DNA of 64,000 nucleotides from Eledone cirrhosa (taxonomy: Eukaryota): assembly GCA_964016885.1 (NCBI GenBank), contig OZ024760.1:19530001-19594000 (forward strand). Direction: 5' to 3'. The first letter of the stretch is position 1, and every line of letters begins with the position of its first letter. The position numbers and the translations under genes were made by a program. Below the pieces are notes generated by a model. That model was not told the origin of the DNA. It did not search any database and was given only the letters and a program-made list of their open reading frames with translations. Of this stretch, positions 37,723-51,896 are shown one piece after another.

Positions 37723-37893
37723 TACACTGTATTACATAATATTATCACACAGAAAAGGAAAGCTGTACATCTTTTCTAGCAAATGTTTATCCAACTGATT
37801 ATTGAAATATTTTATTCATCAATATCTTTAATGATGTTTTGCATTTTTTTCTGATGGTTTCTGTAGTTTGTAAGAAATAGTAGTTATATATAA

Positions 37894-37967
<74 letters not shown>

Positions 37968-38190
37968 GTGTTTCATTCTTTTATAGTTGTAATTGTTTTT
38001 TTGAGAATGGATTATATGTAATTCCATACAATGATATTAAGACCAACATTGTTAGTAATAATTTATTTATCAATGTCTGTAGAGAATTGTTAGCAATATG
38101 ATTTTATTCCAGACTTCAAAATGGGGGAAACTGTGCCTTTAAATAATAATATTAATGATAATAATTCGAAAAATGTCTTTTGTTCTTCAG

Positions 38191-38232
38191 AACCAACTCA
38201 AACAGTTCCAAAGTTTGCATTCGAAATGTTTG
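38191..38232 (+). CDS. Linker micro-exon EPTQTVPKFAFEMF (alternative in-frame acceptor at 38113)
   Basis: tttgttcttcag|42 nt|gtaagt. Confidence 0.6.
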
Positions 38233-38474
38233 GTAAGTCATATAGGATAGAATATAGAACTACTGTCACAACAATAACCCAGTTATCATTATTATTATCA
38301 TCCTCATCATCATTTTATTATTGTTAATAATGATAGAAATTTTAAATATAATCCAAAAGTAACTATTTCTCTGAAACTCACATGGATTGTGCAACACACA
38401 TATACATATATATGTGTGTTTGTGTATGTATATATATATATATATTTATATATATATACACACACACACTCTAT

Positions 38475-38529
<55 letters not shown>

Positions 38530-38604
38530 ACACACACACTCTATTATACATATATATATGTATATCTATCTATGTATCTATCTATCTATCTATGTATCTA
38601 TCTA

Positions 38605-38659
<55 letters not shown>

Positions 38660-38674
38660 TTCTCTCTCTCTCTA

Positions 38675-38714
<40 letters not shown>

Positions 38715-38715
38715 G

Positions 38716-38754
<39 letters not shown>

Positions 38755-38955
38755 TAGGTAATTCCAAAGGAAAAGCAAAGGAAACAAGAGTGCTCTATGT
38801 ATAGAACAGAGCTATTTAATTCGAAAGTGAACAATGCAAAATATAATTACTCTATTACCAAAGGTTTCTAGATCAGACAGAGATGTCATATAGTTATATT
38901 TTGTGTTGTTCACTTTCTAATATATATATATTAAATATGTATATATGTGTATGTA

Positions 38956-38995
<40 letters not shown>

Positions 38996-39078
38996 TGTGT
39001 GTGTGTAGACAAATTTGTTTAGTTAGTATTGTGTATATGAATGTGTCATTATATTGTGTTTATTAAACCTACCTGTAG

Positions 39079-39648
39079 GAGACTGTAGTGATGCCAGACT
39101 TGATCTCATCTTTGCTTTGGATTCATCAACAAGCGTTGGCAGAAAACATTTCAAAACACAGGTCTCCTTTATCAAGTCCCTTCTATCTGATGTTCCCATC
39201 AGCAATGAAGGGATACAAGTGGCCATTGTCACTTTTAGCAATGACATTAAAATCCATTTTCATTTAAATGCCCACAACAATAAAGAAGAATTATTCGAAG
39301 CTATCGATAACATAAAATATCGGTACGGCAGCTCCAATACTGCCGAGGCTATACGTATTATGCATGAAGAGATGTTTAACATCCGAAATGGTGATAGGGA
39401 AGATGCTGAAAATATAGCTTTTGTCATCACTGATGGACTGTCAAATCTGAATGCTTACCGATTACCTACTGCTGTGAAGAATGCCAAGAAAAGTGAAATT
39501 AAAATGTTTGCAATTGGTGTTGGTCTAAGAGATACACGAGAGTTGGACATAATTGCTTCACATCCAATTCTCATGAATAGAATGGTTGTCCGAAATTTTG
39601 ATGAGCTCCAGACAATCAAATCCTCATTGATAAAACGTCTTTGTCCAG
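39079..39648 (+). CDS. VWA domain 2
   Basis: DLIFALDSSTSVG..ITDG..LCP; cctgtag|570 nt|gtaagt. Confidence 0.93.
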
Positions 39649-39844
39649 GTAAGTTTACTACGCTCTGTGTTACCTCTACTATACTACATTATCTCAATTT
39701 AATTATTTTCACATGTTTCTTACCCATGTATAATGTCTTCAAGTGTCTGGTTAATAAATGATACAATACATAGATAAGAATATCAATTATAGTGCTCCAG
39801 CATGGCCACAGTCTAATGACTGAAACTAGTAAAAGAATATGGTG

Positions 39845-40025
39845 CATTGGCAGTATCAGTAGAGTCAGGCAACATGCTTTGCAGCATAGAGTTATGGCCC
39901 TTTACATTCTAAGTTCAAATCCCGACTAGGTTACCTTTGCCTTTCATCATTATGGGGTCTATTAAATAAAGTACCAGTAACGCACTGGGGTAATTGCTGG
40001 CCTTGTGCCAAAACAGAAACAATTA
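39845..40025 (+). mobile_element. SINE family A (further fragments to about 40165)
   Basis: Homology to 2870-3052. Confidence 0.7.
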
Positions 40026-40320
40026 TAACTACTACTATTATTAGGGCATTGGACAAATGCTTTACAGCATAGAGTTACAGCCTTTTACGTTCTGAGTTCA
40101 AATCCCTCCGTAACTATATGCTTCAAAGTATGTTGTCCGACACTCTACCAATTCTGCCATCCCATAATAATAAAATAATCTGCATTTCTTGATAAATCAC
40201 CTAATATAATATTTCCTTCATATGTTAAATGTGAAGATTGGATGCTACTGCCTTTAACTATGATATATATCTAATGTGATGAACATAATTATAGTTTTGA
40301 TTTTCCTAATTCATTTTCAG

Positions 40321-40347
40321 TGGTGATTGATGAAGCACCTATTCAAG
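40321..40347 (+). CDS. Linker micro-exon VVIDEAPIQ
   Basis: ttttcag|27 nt|gtaagc. Confidence 0.75.
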
Positions 40348-40745
40348 GTAAGCTTTACATTTCATTATCTTATAACTTCTAATATATCTAAATATGATAT
40401 CCCTTTATTATATTCAGTAACTTTTTAACCTACAACCTAATTATGATATCATTCTAGTGTATGTCATAGCAAAATATTACACAACTTAAATATTAGATGT
40501 CTAGTTTATATCATATCTTTGTAATCTACAACCTAAATATGATGTCACTTTATTATGTTTCAACTTTTGACCTACGATATAAATATTAGTTGACTTTCTT
40601 ATGTCATTTGTCACATTATCACCATCATTATCATCATCACAACCATCATAATCTTCATTTTCATACCTTTCAATCATTGGTGTTATCTCTATTAACAAAA
40701 AAACAGTTGAATAAAGAAAAAAAACTATTTGAACTTGTTAGGTAA

Positions 40746-40952
40746 CCCTTTAGTATTTACATTACTCTATATTTACTATTGTATTTTCATGGTAAAGGCT
40801 TTACCTCACATAATATCAAATCTATGAAATTTGATATTATTTATTTTGCGAACAATACCTTAACATAAATATGAGTAGCTGGTTACAGCTGGTTTGAACA
40901 GAAAGAGATGAGAGAATTCTGGCCTGATACGGCTGGTTTAAATGCTAAAGGG
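40746..40952. mobile_element. piggyBac-like MITE family 1
   Basis: Family TIRs; GGG|TTAA end. Confidence 0.75.
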
Positions 40953-41079
40953 TTAAATATTGTTATCAAATCAAACAACAGCTGGATTTTACTGTTAATA
41001 TTTTGGCTCCAAAATTAGTGTAAGATTGTGTCTATGTATGTAATAGAAATGTAGTTGTTTCTTTAAACTTTTTTCTTAG

Positions 41080-41649
41080 GTGTACAGAAGATGGTCCCTA
41101 CTGATCTAATATTCCTGGTTGATTCCTCAACAAGTGTAGGGAAAAGGAATTTCCAAATATTTATTGATTACATCAAAGAGTTTATCTCCGAAGCTGACAT
41201 TGATTATGGCAGTATCCGTATTGGTTTGGCCTTATACAGCACCAGAGTCTATATTCAGTTTTATCTCAACGACTTTCTTACAAAGAGAGAAATGCTAGAG
41301 GCCATTGATAACGTCCGTTATAGATACGGCAGCACAAATGCTGCTCATACATTCCGCACATTGCGTAATAAAATATTTATCCCTGAGAATGGAGACAGGC
41401 CTGATGCTCGAAACATTGCTGTAATGATTACAGATGGTATCTCTAATATTGAACACTACGAGACCATTCCCGAAGCTAAATTGACCCATGCTGCTAACAT
41501 CCATGTCTATGCCATTGGCTATAGATTATATGATACAAGAGAGCTGACTAAAATTTGTACCCCTCCTGCTGAGGGAAATGCTTTCAATGTTCAAAGCCTT
41601 GATGAGGTAAAATTTCTTAAGGAGGAAATTCTTCAGAAAATAGTCCCAG
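41080..41649 (+). CDS. VWA domain 3
   Basis: DLIFLVDSSTSVG..GSTN..ITDG; cttag|570 nt|gtaaga. Confidence 0.93.
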
Positions 41650-42011
41650 GTAAGAAAGTTTGAACTGAGAAAGCTTAGAAAACTTACTTTTATATGGATG
41701 CGTAGAAAAACCACTGCACTTTAATGGTAAACTTAAAAAACAGTTTAAAACCACAAATAATTTTAAACAGATGCAAATAAGAAACTCTGCACTCTAATAG
41801 TAAAATTTAAAACTGCAAATACTTTAATCACACTGTAATTTCAGTGGCTTCATGCTGATTTAATACAAATATTTGGAATTAATTTTCACCTAAAATAGAA
41901 TTGATCACAACATTGTATTGGTATATATAACATTGTGTAATTGCAGCTCATATATATATGCATATATCCACCCCATGTAAGCATGGAAAAGCAGCCGTAA
42001 AAATAATGATG

Positions 42012-42043
<32 letters not shown>

Positions 42044-42121
42044 TACAGGGTGTGCCCCCAAAATGTATAATACTTTGATTAGAATGCTGTTGAAATGTGT
42101 ATACATTTTTCGGGACCCGTA
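42044..42121. mobile_element. Tc1/mariner-like mini-MITE
   Basis: TA|CAGGGTGTG..AAAATGTATA vs TATACATTTT..CCCG|TA. Confidence 0.5.
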
Positions 42122-42219
42122 TATATATATAATTTCAATAACAAATGCTATTAGTTTTATTTATAGTCACATGAATCACATATTATAGAGAATGCTATTT
42201 ACTATAGTTTCATCACCAA

Positions 42220-42452
42220 CTCACTCATTTATTACCTCCTTATTCACTTATTCATTCACTGACTCATTCACTTGCTCATTCACTTGCTCATTCACTGACT
42301 CATTCACTGACTCATTCATTTACTTGCTGACTCATTCACTTGCTCATTCACTTGCTCATTCACTGACTCATTCATTTACTTGCTGACTCATTCACTTGCT
42401 CATTCACTTACTCTTTCAATTGCTCATTCACACACTCACTCATTCACTCATA
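42220..42452. repeat. (TCAT/TCAC)n simple repeat
   Basis: Visible repeat. Confidence 0.9.
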
Positions 42453-43136
42453 TTATTGTAGAGAAACAGCTGTATTTTAGTCTTCATTTTCTGACAGTTT
42501 CAAACTATCACCAAATATATTCTGGGTCCTCTGAAGACTTGGTTTCATCCTTTATTATTTTAGTGTTTTTAAGGTATTAAAATGTTTTAAATTGTCTCAA
42601 ATCTTTTATAAAAATTTTAAAAATTGGTTCACATAAGTAGAAAAAAAATATTTTTTTTCTAAGACAGCCTGGTATACCTTCATGGTGGTATTTGAATGAT
42701 ATTGGAAACATTTTTCTACAATTTCAAAACAGGGCTAAAATGTCATGGTAAGACAAATTTCTTTTTTTTTTGTGTTTGTTAAAAAAAAAAAAAAAAGTGG
42801 ATCTGTTATTCAAGGAAGACGTTAGGAAATTGAAATATTTGATACAGACTTCAAAATGATTCTCTCATTTGAAAATCAAAGAAGTTCTCTTAAACTACTT
42901 ACCGAAAGAAAACATTATTAGAATTCAAACATCAGATGAAATGCTTTGTTATATATATATATATTATATATATATATATATATATAAAATGGTAGGCTGT
43001 GTGGTTGCAATGAAGTATAATGAAAATAAAAAGTTACGAGTGAAAGAGGGTATTATCCATAACGCTAAGAAATGATTCCTAGCAGACAACTGATGATGGA
43101 TAATATCCTCTTTCACCCGTAACTTTTTATTTTCAT

Positions 43137-43167
<31 letters not shown>

Positions 43168-43179
43168 TAAGCCATGGAG

Positions 43180-43474
43180 GCACAAAAGGTTGTGAGTTCA
43201 ATTCTCAGACCGGGCGATGTGTTGTTTCCTTGAGCAAGACACTTTATTTCACATTGCTCCAGTTTACTCAGCTGTAGAAATGAGATGATAGGGACTGGGG
43301 TCCCTATCATTCCACTGCAAAGTGGTCGTGGAGGTGCCACGACAAAAAAGGACTCTGCACTCACTGTAAATGAGGTTGGTGTTAGGAAGGGCATCCAGCT
43401 GTAGAAATCAAGCCAGAATCAGTTCCCCAGAATCAGTTGCATGCAGGGAAAAGCGGACGTAAAATGAAATGATA
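43180..43474 (+). mobile_element. SINE family B, followed by a related SINE with a different tail (about 43495-43810)
   Basis: Homology to 22715-23000. Confidence 0.8.
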
Positions 43475-44378
43475 TATATATATATATAATGTGTGTGTAG
43501 CTTTGTGGTTAGGGTATTCAGCTTACAATCATAAGGTCATGAATTCGATTCACAACAGCGCTTTGTGTCCTTGAACAAGACACTCTATTTCATGTTGCTC
43601 CAGACCACTCAGCTGGCAAAAATGAGTTATGCCTGTAATTCGAATGGCCAGCCTTGTCACATTCTGTGTCCCACGGAATCTCCCTGAGAACTACATTAAG
43701 GATACATGTGCCTGTGGAATGCTCAGCCACTTTCATGTGAATTTCACAAGCAGGCTGTTCCATTTATCGTATCAACTGGAACACTCATCCTCATGAGGGA
43801 GTGCCAGTTAAATAAAGTGTGTATGGAGAGGAAATATCAGGTGTAGTGTTGGCGGATTTCGGGAAACATGGAAGTTTTGAAGGATGCAGTGTCCTAACAG
43901 CTAACTACTGATACAAGTAGTCCCTGGTTAATTGATAAAAAACATAACAGTTTATCAATGTTACAAAATTGTTAACATTGGAAGATATTAGAAAGAACCA
44001 GTCAAGTACTGGGGTTCATTTAATTAACTTTGACTTTAGCCAGCCTTGTGCCTAAATTAGAAATCAACATAAGATACATATTAGTGAAGTTCTAGCATTG
44101 TTTACACCTGTGATTATAAGATGCCATTAAATGATTAATAATTACCACCCTTCAGTTTCTCTAATAGATTAATAAGATACTAATGTGCAGGTAAACATAT
44201 TTACAGGTATAGCCTATATTTTTATATTATATACATTTTATCAACAAACATATTATGTATAATTTTAGTAAAAAATATCAAATAATTAATATTTCAAGCA
44301 CATATATTTTTAGATTTCTATTAATATTGCAAATTAGATATTTAGTTATTTTGTTTTGTATTCACTTTAACAGCTTAA

Positions 44379-44586
44379 CCCTTTCGTTACCATATTTCTC
44401 ACAAAAGACTCTGCCTGAGGGATTTAGTAATATAACTAATTTTGTCATTAAGCTGGTGTTTTAAACACAGCTTAAACAGTTCTTACAGAAAATTAAGATG
44501 GAAGTGGGGGTTTTTTAACACTTAAAAATAAACAGTTTTGGATCATAGAACCAAGGGCAGTTTCAGACAGCTTGGTATCAAGAGGG
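44379..44586. mobile_element. piggyBac-like MITE family 2
   Basis: TTAA|CCCTTTCGTTACCA..TGGTATCAAAGAGGG|TTAA. Confidence 0.6.
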
Positions 44587-45646
44587 TTAAACTACATCAC
44601 TCCCAAATTAATTATCACCTTAGCAAAGCACTCATTAGTCTCACTATCAGCTTGACACAATTGCAAGCTAAAGTCATCTGAATAATAGATTCAGTAATAT
44701 TTTTCTATCTTTCCACTGTGTTCACATTGCATGAAATTAAAATTAAAACTATTCATCATTGCTAAAAAAAATGTTTAACATGTTGTTTTGCCTTTTCATG
44801 TATTTTATATCTTCACATTGTTTTAGGGACATTTTATACATTATTTGTTAAACCTCTTCCAGTACTGAATCATGTGTAAATGTAGTGTGAGAACCAGTAG
44901 CTATTGTGTTTGGCAAATAAACTGAAACAATGTACTGATTATGAGGCCTTATCAGTCTGGCCTAGCAGACAACAAACTTACTAATGCTGGTGCCACAATA
45001 AAATGTATCCAGTATACTCTGTAAAGTGTTAGTTTCATGCCACAATAAAATACACCTAATTCATTCTCTAAAATGGGAGTAGTGGTGTCATAAAATATGC
45101 ACTTAGTACAGCATGTAAGATATTTGGCGTTTGAAAGGGCAACAATTTGTAGAAATCATGCTAAATCTGGAATGATTCAAGCTAGATGGGTTGCTGTGAT
45201 CCCTTCTGGTTTCAGTCCTTGACAACCTGTTGTGCAGATCTTTTTATTTTTGTGGATGTTAACGTATACAACTGTGAAAGCCTGAGACCTTGTTGTTAAT
45301 GCTATGGCACCCCCAATCATAAGGTCTTCGGTTTCAGTTTCCAAACCAGTTAGTGCATTGTGTCCTTAAGCAAGTCACTTCATTTCCCATTGCTATATTC
45401 CCCTCAGCAAAACGATATTAGTACCAGCAACAGCTGGGAAAGTGGGGGGGGGGGGTCTAACGATATGATGGAATGGCATATGCTGGGAGGAGTCTCATAC
45501 TTTCAATTGCTTAACTCCTCAAGAAACAGGGATAAGTTCTGACTTGATAAATCTCAAGGCTAGCAACAGATATGAATTAAATTGAAATAACAAGTAGAAG
45601 ATAGTTTTCATCTCTTCATTATTAAAGCAAAACCTCTATTTCACAG

Positions 45647-45682
45647 CCCCTAGAACACCACCACCAACTGAGCCTACAACTG
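45647..45682 (+). CDS. Linker micro-exon APRTPPPTEPTT
   Basis: tcacag|36 nt|gtaagt. Confidence 0.85.
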
Positions 45683-46462
45683 GTAAGTTTTTGTTTAACT
45701 TTATAATTCACATCACAGCAACACCCTCTTCTACTTACACTTAGCTTAATTTTAGTGGAGAATTGGCACAGTTAGAGTATCTGACAGAATGCTTTGCAGT
45801 ATTTGTTCTAACTCTCTCCATTCTGAATTCAAATCCTTTTGAGATCAACTTGGCATTATATGCTTCCAAGGTTTATAAAAAAAGTACCAGTTCACTACTA
45901 GGGGTCACTTTCCCTCTGTATCTCTTCCTTCTCTCTCTCTCCCTTTCCCTTTCTCTGGTAGAAATCAGATGTGTTTAGCCCAGGAGGGTGGATGGGCTCT
46001 GCCAGGTTTTAAAAATGCCCCAAACTTTTTGTATGTTACTATAGCATCCTTATAATTCCAGCAGGGATTGTGTGTTCATACATAAATACTTTTACACACA
46101 CTATATGCAAATGAGCATCACCAACAGATGTTTTATACACAAAAAGTATATAAGCTATAGCTTGTTCTAGCCTCAATACTGAGTAAGTGCCACCGATGAT
46201 GGATAAAAAATCTTGAATCGCTAGCGTCTTGCGTTTTCAGATGTCTACTGAGACGGCTGTGACATGATCACAGCTTAAAACATTCACAGCAAGACTTGTG
46301 TATATTTATTATACATAAACATACTGTATGCACACTCATACACACCTCTGTTATTTTCAAGTAAAGTAATTATTAATCATCAATTAATTGTTTGCGCTGT
46401 AATATAATTATTGAAATAACAATTCTTGCTAACCAAACCTTCTGTTACTGTTTCCATCACAG

Positions 46463-46501
46463 TTCCAACAACAACACCAACAACAACAACAACAACAACC
46501 G
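46463..46501 (+). CDS. Linker micro-exon VPTTTPTTTTTTT
   Basis: tcacag|39 nt|gtaagt. Confidence 0.85.
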
Positions 46502-47129
46502 GTAAGTTTTCTTGTACTGTCTTTATCAAATATTTCCTATCTTTAAATACCAGTGTTTAATTTGTTCAGTCATTGTAAATATACTATATTTTTAATATTG
46601 AAATACAATATATTTTAAACATTTGAATATAATAGACATATTTAAATAACGAAATATAATAAATATATTTTAAATAATTAATTATGATATATTCTAAAAA
46701 TGCAAATATAATAAATTCTAAATACTGAAATATAACAAGTATATTTGAAATATTTAAATGTAATAAATATATTTCAAATATATCAATATCACATATATAC
46801 TTTTAAATATACAAATATGATAAATATATTTTAAATATCTAATTATATTATGTTCAAATATACCATCATTTCTGACATCAAAGATGCTGTTTTTTGCCCC
46901 TAAAATAAGTCACAAAATTTACCCTGTATTCTAGAAAGCAAATATTTCATTAAAGTATGTAAAAGTAGTGAACATATCACTCAAAACAATTATGTTAAAT
47001 CATGAGGATGTGGTTCTTGGAAAATTGTAAACTAATTATTATAAAACATAATTGTAATAAACACAAGTAATTATCATAATATTTCTGTATTGCACCATTA
47101 AATGCAAAATAACCAGTATAACACATTAC

Positions 47130-47173
<44 letters not shown>

Positions 47174-47194
47174 ATATAAAACAAATCTTTTCAG

Positions 47195-47224
47195 TTGCAA
47201 CCACTACAACTCCAAAACCAACTG
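47195..47224 (+). CDS. Linker micro-exon VATTTTPKPT
   Basis: ttttcag|30 nt|gtaagt. Confidence 0.85.
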
Positions 47225-47268
47225 GTAAGTTTAACACACCATACATTTATATATTTTGCATCATGCCT

Positions 47269-47316
<48 letters not shown>

Positions 47317-48157
47317 AAATCATACTTACATTAAATATGTATATGAAATTCATATGGATCAAGACGTTTTTTTTACAGTTACTTTTCTGAAATTTATGTA
47401 ACTTTGAAAGGAAAATAACATTTTAAATTAAATTTAAATTATTAAATAAATAAATAAAATGTTTTGTGTAATTCACACAAATCATTTTTCGATATCAAAT
47501 TAGAAACCATTAGAAGAAAATCAATATTTTAATTAAATCAATTTGATGAACAAAATTAAAAGCTTTAATTTTGTTCATCAAATTGACCCTCCTGATACCA
47601 AACTGCATGAAATTGCCCCTGGTTCTATGATACAAAACCATGTTTTAATATGTTTATACTTAAATTTAAGCCTTTCATTAAAATTTTATCAAGAACCTTT
47701 AAGTTATATTCCAAACATGAACTTAAAAATGAAAGGTTACTTAGTAAATGCCTCACAAATTTTGATTGTTGAAGGCCGTGCTCTTTCAATAAAAATATTG
47801 TAATGAAAAAGTTAAGAAATATTGTATTATTCCTGATAATTTCTATGTGTGTGTGTGTGTGCTTGTATGTATGTGTGATTGTGTATTTATATGTATGTTT
47901 GTGCTTGTATGCATGTGTGATAGTGGAATAGACTCATTCTCTCTTATAAACACCAGGTCCAAACACAGAAGAACCAAACTCCCACTGCCTCTATCTCTCC
48001 TGCCCTCCCCCATGTCTTATTAATTTCTCAGAAAATGTTGCTTAGAAATAATAGAATTATAAAACTATATATTGTAGTGCACCTGAGCACTGTGCACAAT
48101 AATTTCATTATTATATATGAGAAACTAAATATTTCTAAAATACATTTTGTTTCACAG

Positions 48158-48184
48158 AACCCACCACAATACCTACAACAACTG
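48158..48184 (+). CDS. Linker micro-exon EPTTIPTTT
   Basis: ttcacag|27 nt|gtaagt. Confidence 0.85.
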
Positions 48185-48514
48185 GTAAGTACTTCCTTCC
48201 CTAACACTTCAAATGTTTTATCTCAATTACATCATGTTTTATTATTTATGTATTGTAGTCTTGTGAAGGTACTTAGCTTAATGGTTAGGGTATTCAGTTC
48301 ATGATTGTAAAGTTGTGAATTTGATTCCAGGACCAGGCAAGTGTATTGTGTCCTTGAGCATGATACTTTATTTCACATTATTTTAGTCCACTCAGCTGGC
48401 TAAATATGAGTTGTATCTGTAATTCAAGGCGCCATCCTTGTCACATCATATATTGTGATATGCTGAATCTTCCTGAGAACTAGATTACAGGTACAATCTA
48501 TCTTATATTATAGT

Positions 48515-48696
48515 AATTGGCAGTATCGGTAGAGGGTCGGACGCCATGCTTTCCAGCATAGTTACGTCCCTTTACGATCAGAGTTCAAATCCCGCCGAGG
48601 TTGACTTTGTCTTTCATCCTTACGGGGTCGATAAAATAAAGTACCAGTAATGCACTGGGTAATTGCTGGTCTTGTGCCAAAAGTAGAAACAATTAT
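48515..48696 (+). mobile_element. SINE family A (preceded by a family B-related SINE at about 48270-48490)
   Basis: Homology to other copies; B-box. Confidence 0.75.
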
Positions 48697-49320
48697 AGTA
48701 TAAATGATTGAACATTCCACAGACATGTAGATACTTAATGTAATTCCCAGGTAGATTCAGCATGACAAAGTGTATGACAAGACTGGCCCTTTGTATTACA
48801 GATATAAATTAATTGATGAACTTCCAAACATTTTCCATCTACCTGGTCAACCCAAGACTATGATAAATGACATGTGCCCAATGAGCCATGCAATAGGATC
48901 AACTCTTGGGTCTAACAATGTGAAACAAACTTTTGAATCACTCACTCATGTTGTATCTATTATACCATTGATACTTATTGGTGACTCAAGTGAACTGAAT
49001 CACAGAACGTTGCTTGAACCAGAAATATAGACAGTAGAATTAAAAGAACAAAACTGTCAATAAATAAGTCAGTTGGTTAACACCTTATCAACCCAATCAG
49101 TTATTATAAAGGTGGTGACATAAATTATGGTTTTTAATGAGGTTTTCAATTGATTATTTAATTGCCATTATAATAGAAAAAATATTTAATAAAAAGATTG
49201 AACATCTGGATCACTCATTGCTGAAAGTGATAGGAGTACATTTAATTTTAATATCATTTTAAACCAATTAATTTATTATAATAGTTTTTGAAATAGCTGC
49301 CTTTATTTGTATATATTTAA

Positions 49321-49973
49321 CCCTTTAGCATTTACATTATTCTATATTTACTATTATATTTTCATGGTAAAGGCTTTACCTCACATAATATTTCGTATAA
49401 CATTTACATTACTCTATATTTACTATTATATTTTCATGGTAAAGGCTTTACCTCACATAATATTTCGTATAACATTTACATTACTCTATATTTACTATTA
49501 TATTTTCATGGTAAAGGCTTTACCACACATAATATTTCGTATAACATTTACATTACTCTATATTTACTATTATATTTTCATGGTAAAGGCTTTACCTCAC
49601 ATAATATTTCGTATAACATTTACATTATTCTATATTTACTATTATATTTTCATGGTAAAGGCTTTACCTCACATAATATTTCGTATAACATTTACATTAC
49701 TCTATATTTACTATTATATTTTCATGGTAAAGGCTTTACCTCACATAATATTTCGTATAACATTTACATTACTCTATATTTACTATTATATTTTCATGGT
49801 AAAGGCTTTACCTCACATAATTATCTCATATAATATCGAATCTATGAGATTTTGATATTATTTATTTTGAGAACAATACCTTAATGTCAGTATGAGTGGC
49901 CAGTTACAGCTGGTTTGAACAGAAATGGATAAGATAATTCTAGACGGATACAGCTGGTTTAAATGCTAAAGGG
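49321..49973. mobile_element. piggyBac-like MITE family 1 with internal 72-bp x7 tandem expansion
   Basis: TTAA|CCC..GGG|TTAA; 72-bp unit repeated over about 49329-49820. Confidence 0.85.
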
Positions 49974-50033
49974 TTAAATGTTATATTAACAATATTTTTG
50001 CTGAGATTATTATTATATATTTGTATTTTTCAG

Positions 50034-50606
50034 CAGCTGAATACGTAGCAGTTCCTTCTGACATAATTTTTATGGTGGATTCCTCAACAAGTGTTAGTAG
50101 AGATAACTTCAGGAAAGTTCTTAATTTTATCAAACATTTTCTGGCCGATGCAGATATAGAAGGAGGTGTAGTACGTGTTGGAGTAGCAACATACAGCACA
50201 AATGTCTTTATTCAGTTCAACCTTAATGCCCATAACACCAGGGAAGAAGTCCTCAAAGCCATTGACAACATCCCTTATAGATATGGCAGTACCAATATAG
50301 CTCATGCCTTCCGTACACTACGTACCAGAATGTTTACACCAGAGAATGGAGACAGGCCTGAAGCTCGAAACATTGCATTCCTCATCACAGATGGGGTCTC
50401 TAATATTGAACACTATCAGACAATTCCTCAAGCGGAATTGGCCCACGCTGATAACATTCATGTTTATGCTATTGGTATTGGGTTATATGATACTAGAGAA
50501 CTTGAAGGTCTTTCATCGAGACCTTCACAGGAAAATACTTTCATTCTACAAAACTTCAATGAATTAGATTTTCTTAAAGATGACCTGTTTGAAAAGATTT
50601 ATCCAG
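50034..50606 (+). CDS. VWA domain 4 (NAGNAG acceptor, start 50034 or 50037)
   Basis: DIIFMVDSSTSVS..GSTN..ITDG; donor gtaaga. Confidence 0.93.
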
Positions 50607-51896
50607 GTAAGAAGATATATTATTGGTCTTTGCTATTTTGTTTGCTTGCAGTTAATTATATAAGCTTTTTTAATAGAGCACGTAAATTAGAAATTTGTTT
50701 AGAAAAGTCACGACTAAACTACTATGTCATATTATAATGAAATGCATCATTATTATATATACTATATAGTATTACTGCTGTAGGATAGTTAAATGTACTA
50801 ATAACAGTGTGATAATGTGTTTATATATATATATATATATATATATAATGTGTATCTATATATATGCTTTTACTTTTGCTCATTGTGTATATAGTAGAAA
50901 TATTTTTAGAATTATAGAATTATTAAAGAATGTTTAAGATTTAGTACTTCTAATATACTAATCAATTCCATCTTACTGCTCTCATGAAAAGAACAAGAAA
51001 AACAAAAACATGTTTACAAATGGTACAACAGAGATTTTAGTGCAGTTTCAAAGATTGAGTTTTTACATATCAAGAAAGGAAAATATTTATATTGTATGAG
51101 ATTATTGTTAAATGAAGCCAATTTAGCCACTCATGATAGTTTGAATAACTTTCAGTTATTTGTGGTTATATTTATGACTAAAGCATTCAGCAGTTGTGTA
51201 ATATTGAGTTATTATTATATAATAAAAGCCATCAGGTTTAACAAAAGAAATTAAACTGTGAGAATCAGTGGGTAATAGAAGCACAAGGCAAGTGATATGG
51301 TTTCAACTTATAATTAAAACCAGATCTCAGACACATTTCAACAGAAGAATGAAACTAGTTGTGTTTAAAATGAAAACAAATAAATGATTGTAGTGAAGGT
51401 GTATGGTGTGGCCTAGTGGTTAGGGTCACATAAATGAGTGTGTGTCTGTGAAACATATACACATACACAAGGTCTGAACACAAAAGAACCAAACTCCCAT
51501 TGTCACTGCCTCTGTCTCTGCCACTCTTCCCATCTCTCATTATTATGAGCAAATGGGGGCCCACACGCTGGTGAACAGAATGGAAACCTCTTACTATTCT
51601 ACTATTATAAATCATATGTAAATACATAAACCTTATGGATTCAGCATAGATTCCTAAAATAATAAACATTTTGAAATAGAACCTACATTTCATATCTGGT
51701 CTGGACTTATTATAAGCTTTAGGGCCTACATTTCACATCTGGCATGAACCTGTTACCAACTTTAGGGGACTACATTTTACATCTGGCCTGGATTGTCTAT
51801 ATATTCGGTTTTGAGCCTATCACCAGCATTGCACATGCCTGGTTGTAACAAATAACTATTTTTGTTATTAAAATAGATATTTAATCATTATTATAT

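Noticed and set aside
21985-38804. Many YI/IY-rich ORFs
   Set aside because: Translations of (TA)n, (TC)n and (CA)n microsatellites.
43016-43140. Small foldback containing CTGATGA as a hammerhead
   Set aside because: No GAAA or stem III follows the short hairpin; kept only as an inverted repeat.
49307-49855. 182-aa hydrophobic repeat ORF
   Set aside because: 72-bp tandem expansion inside a MITE.
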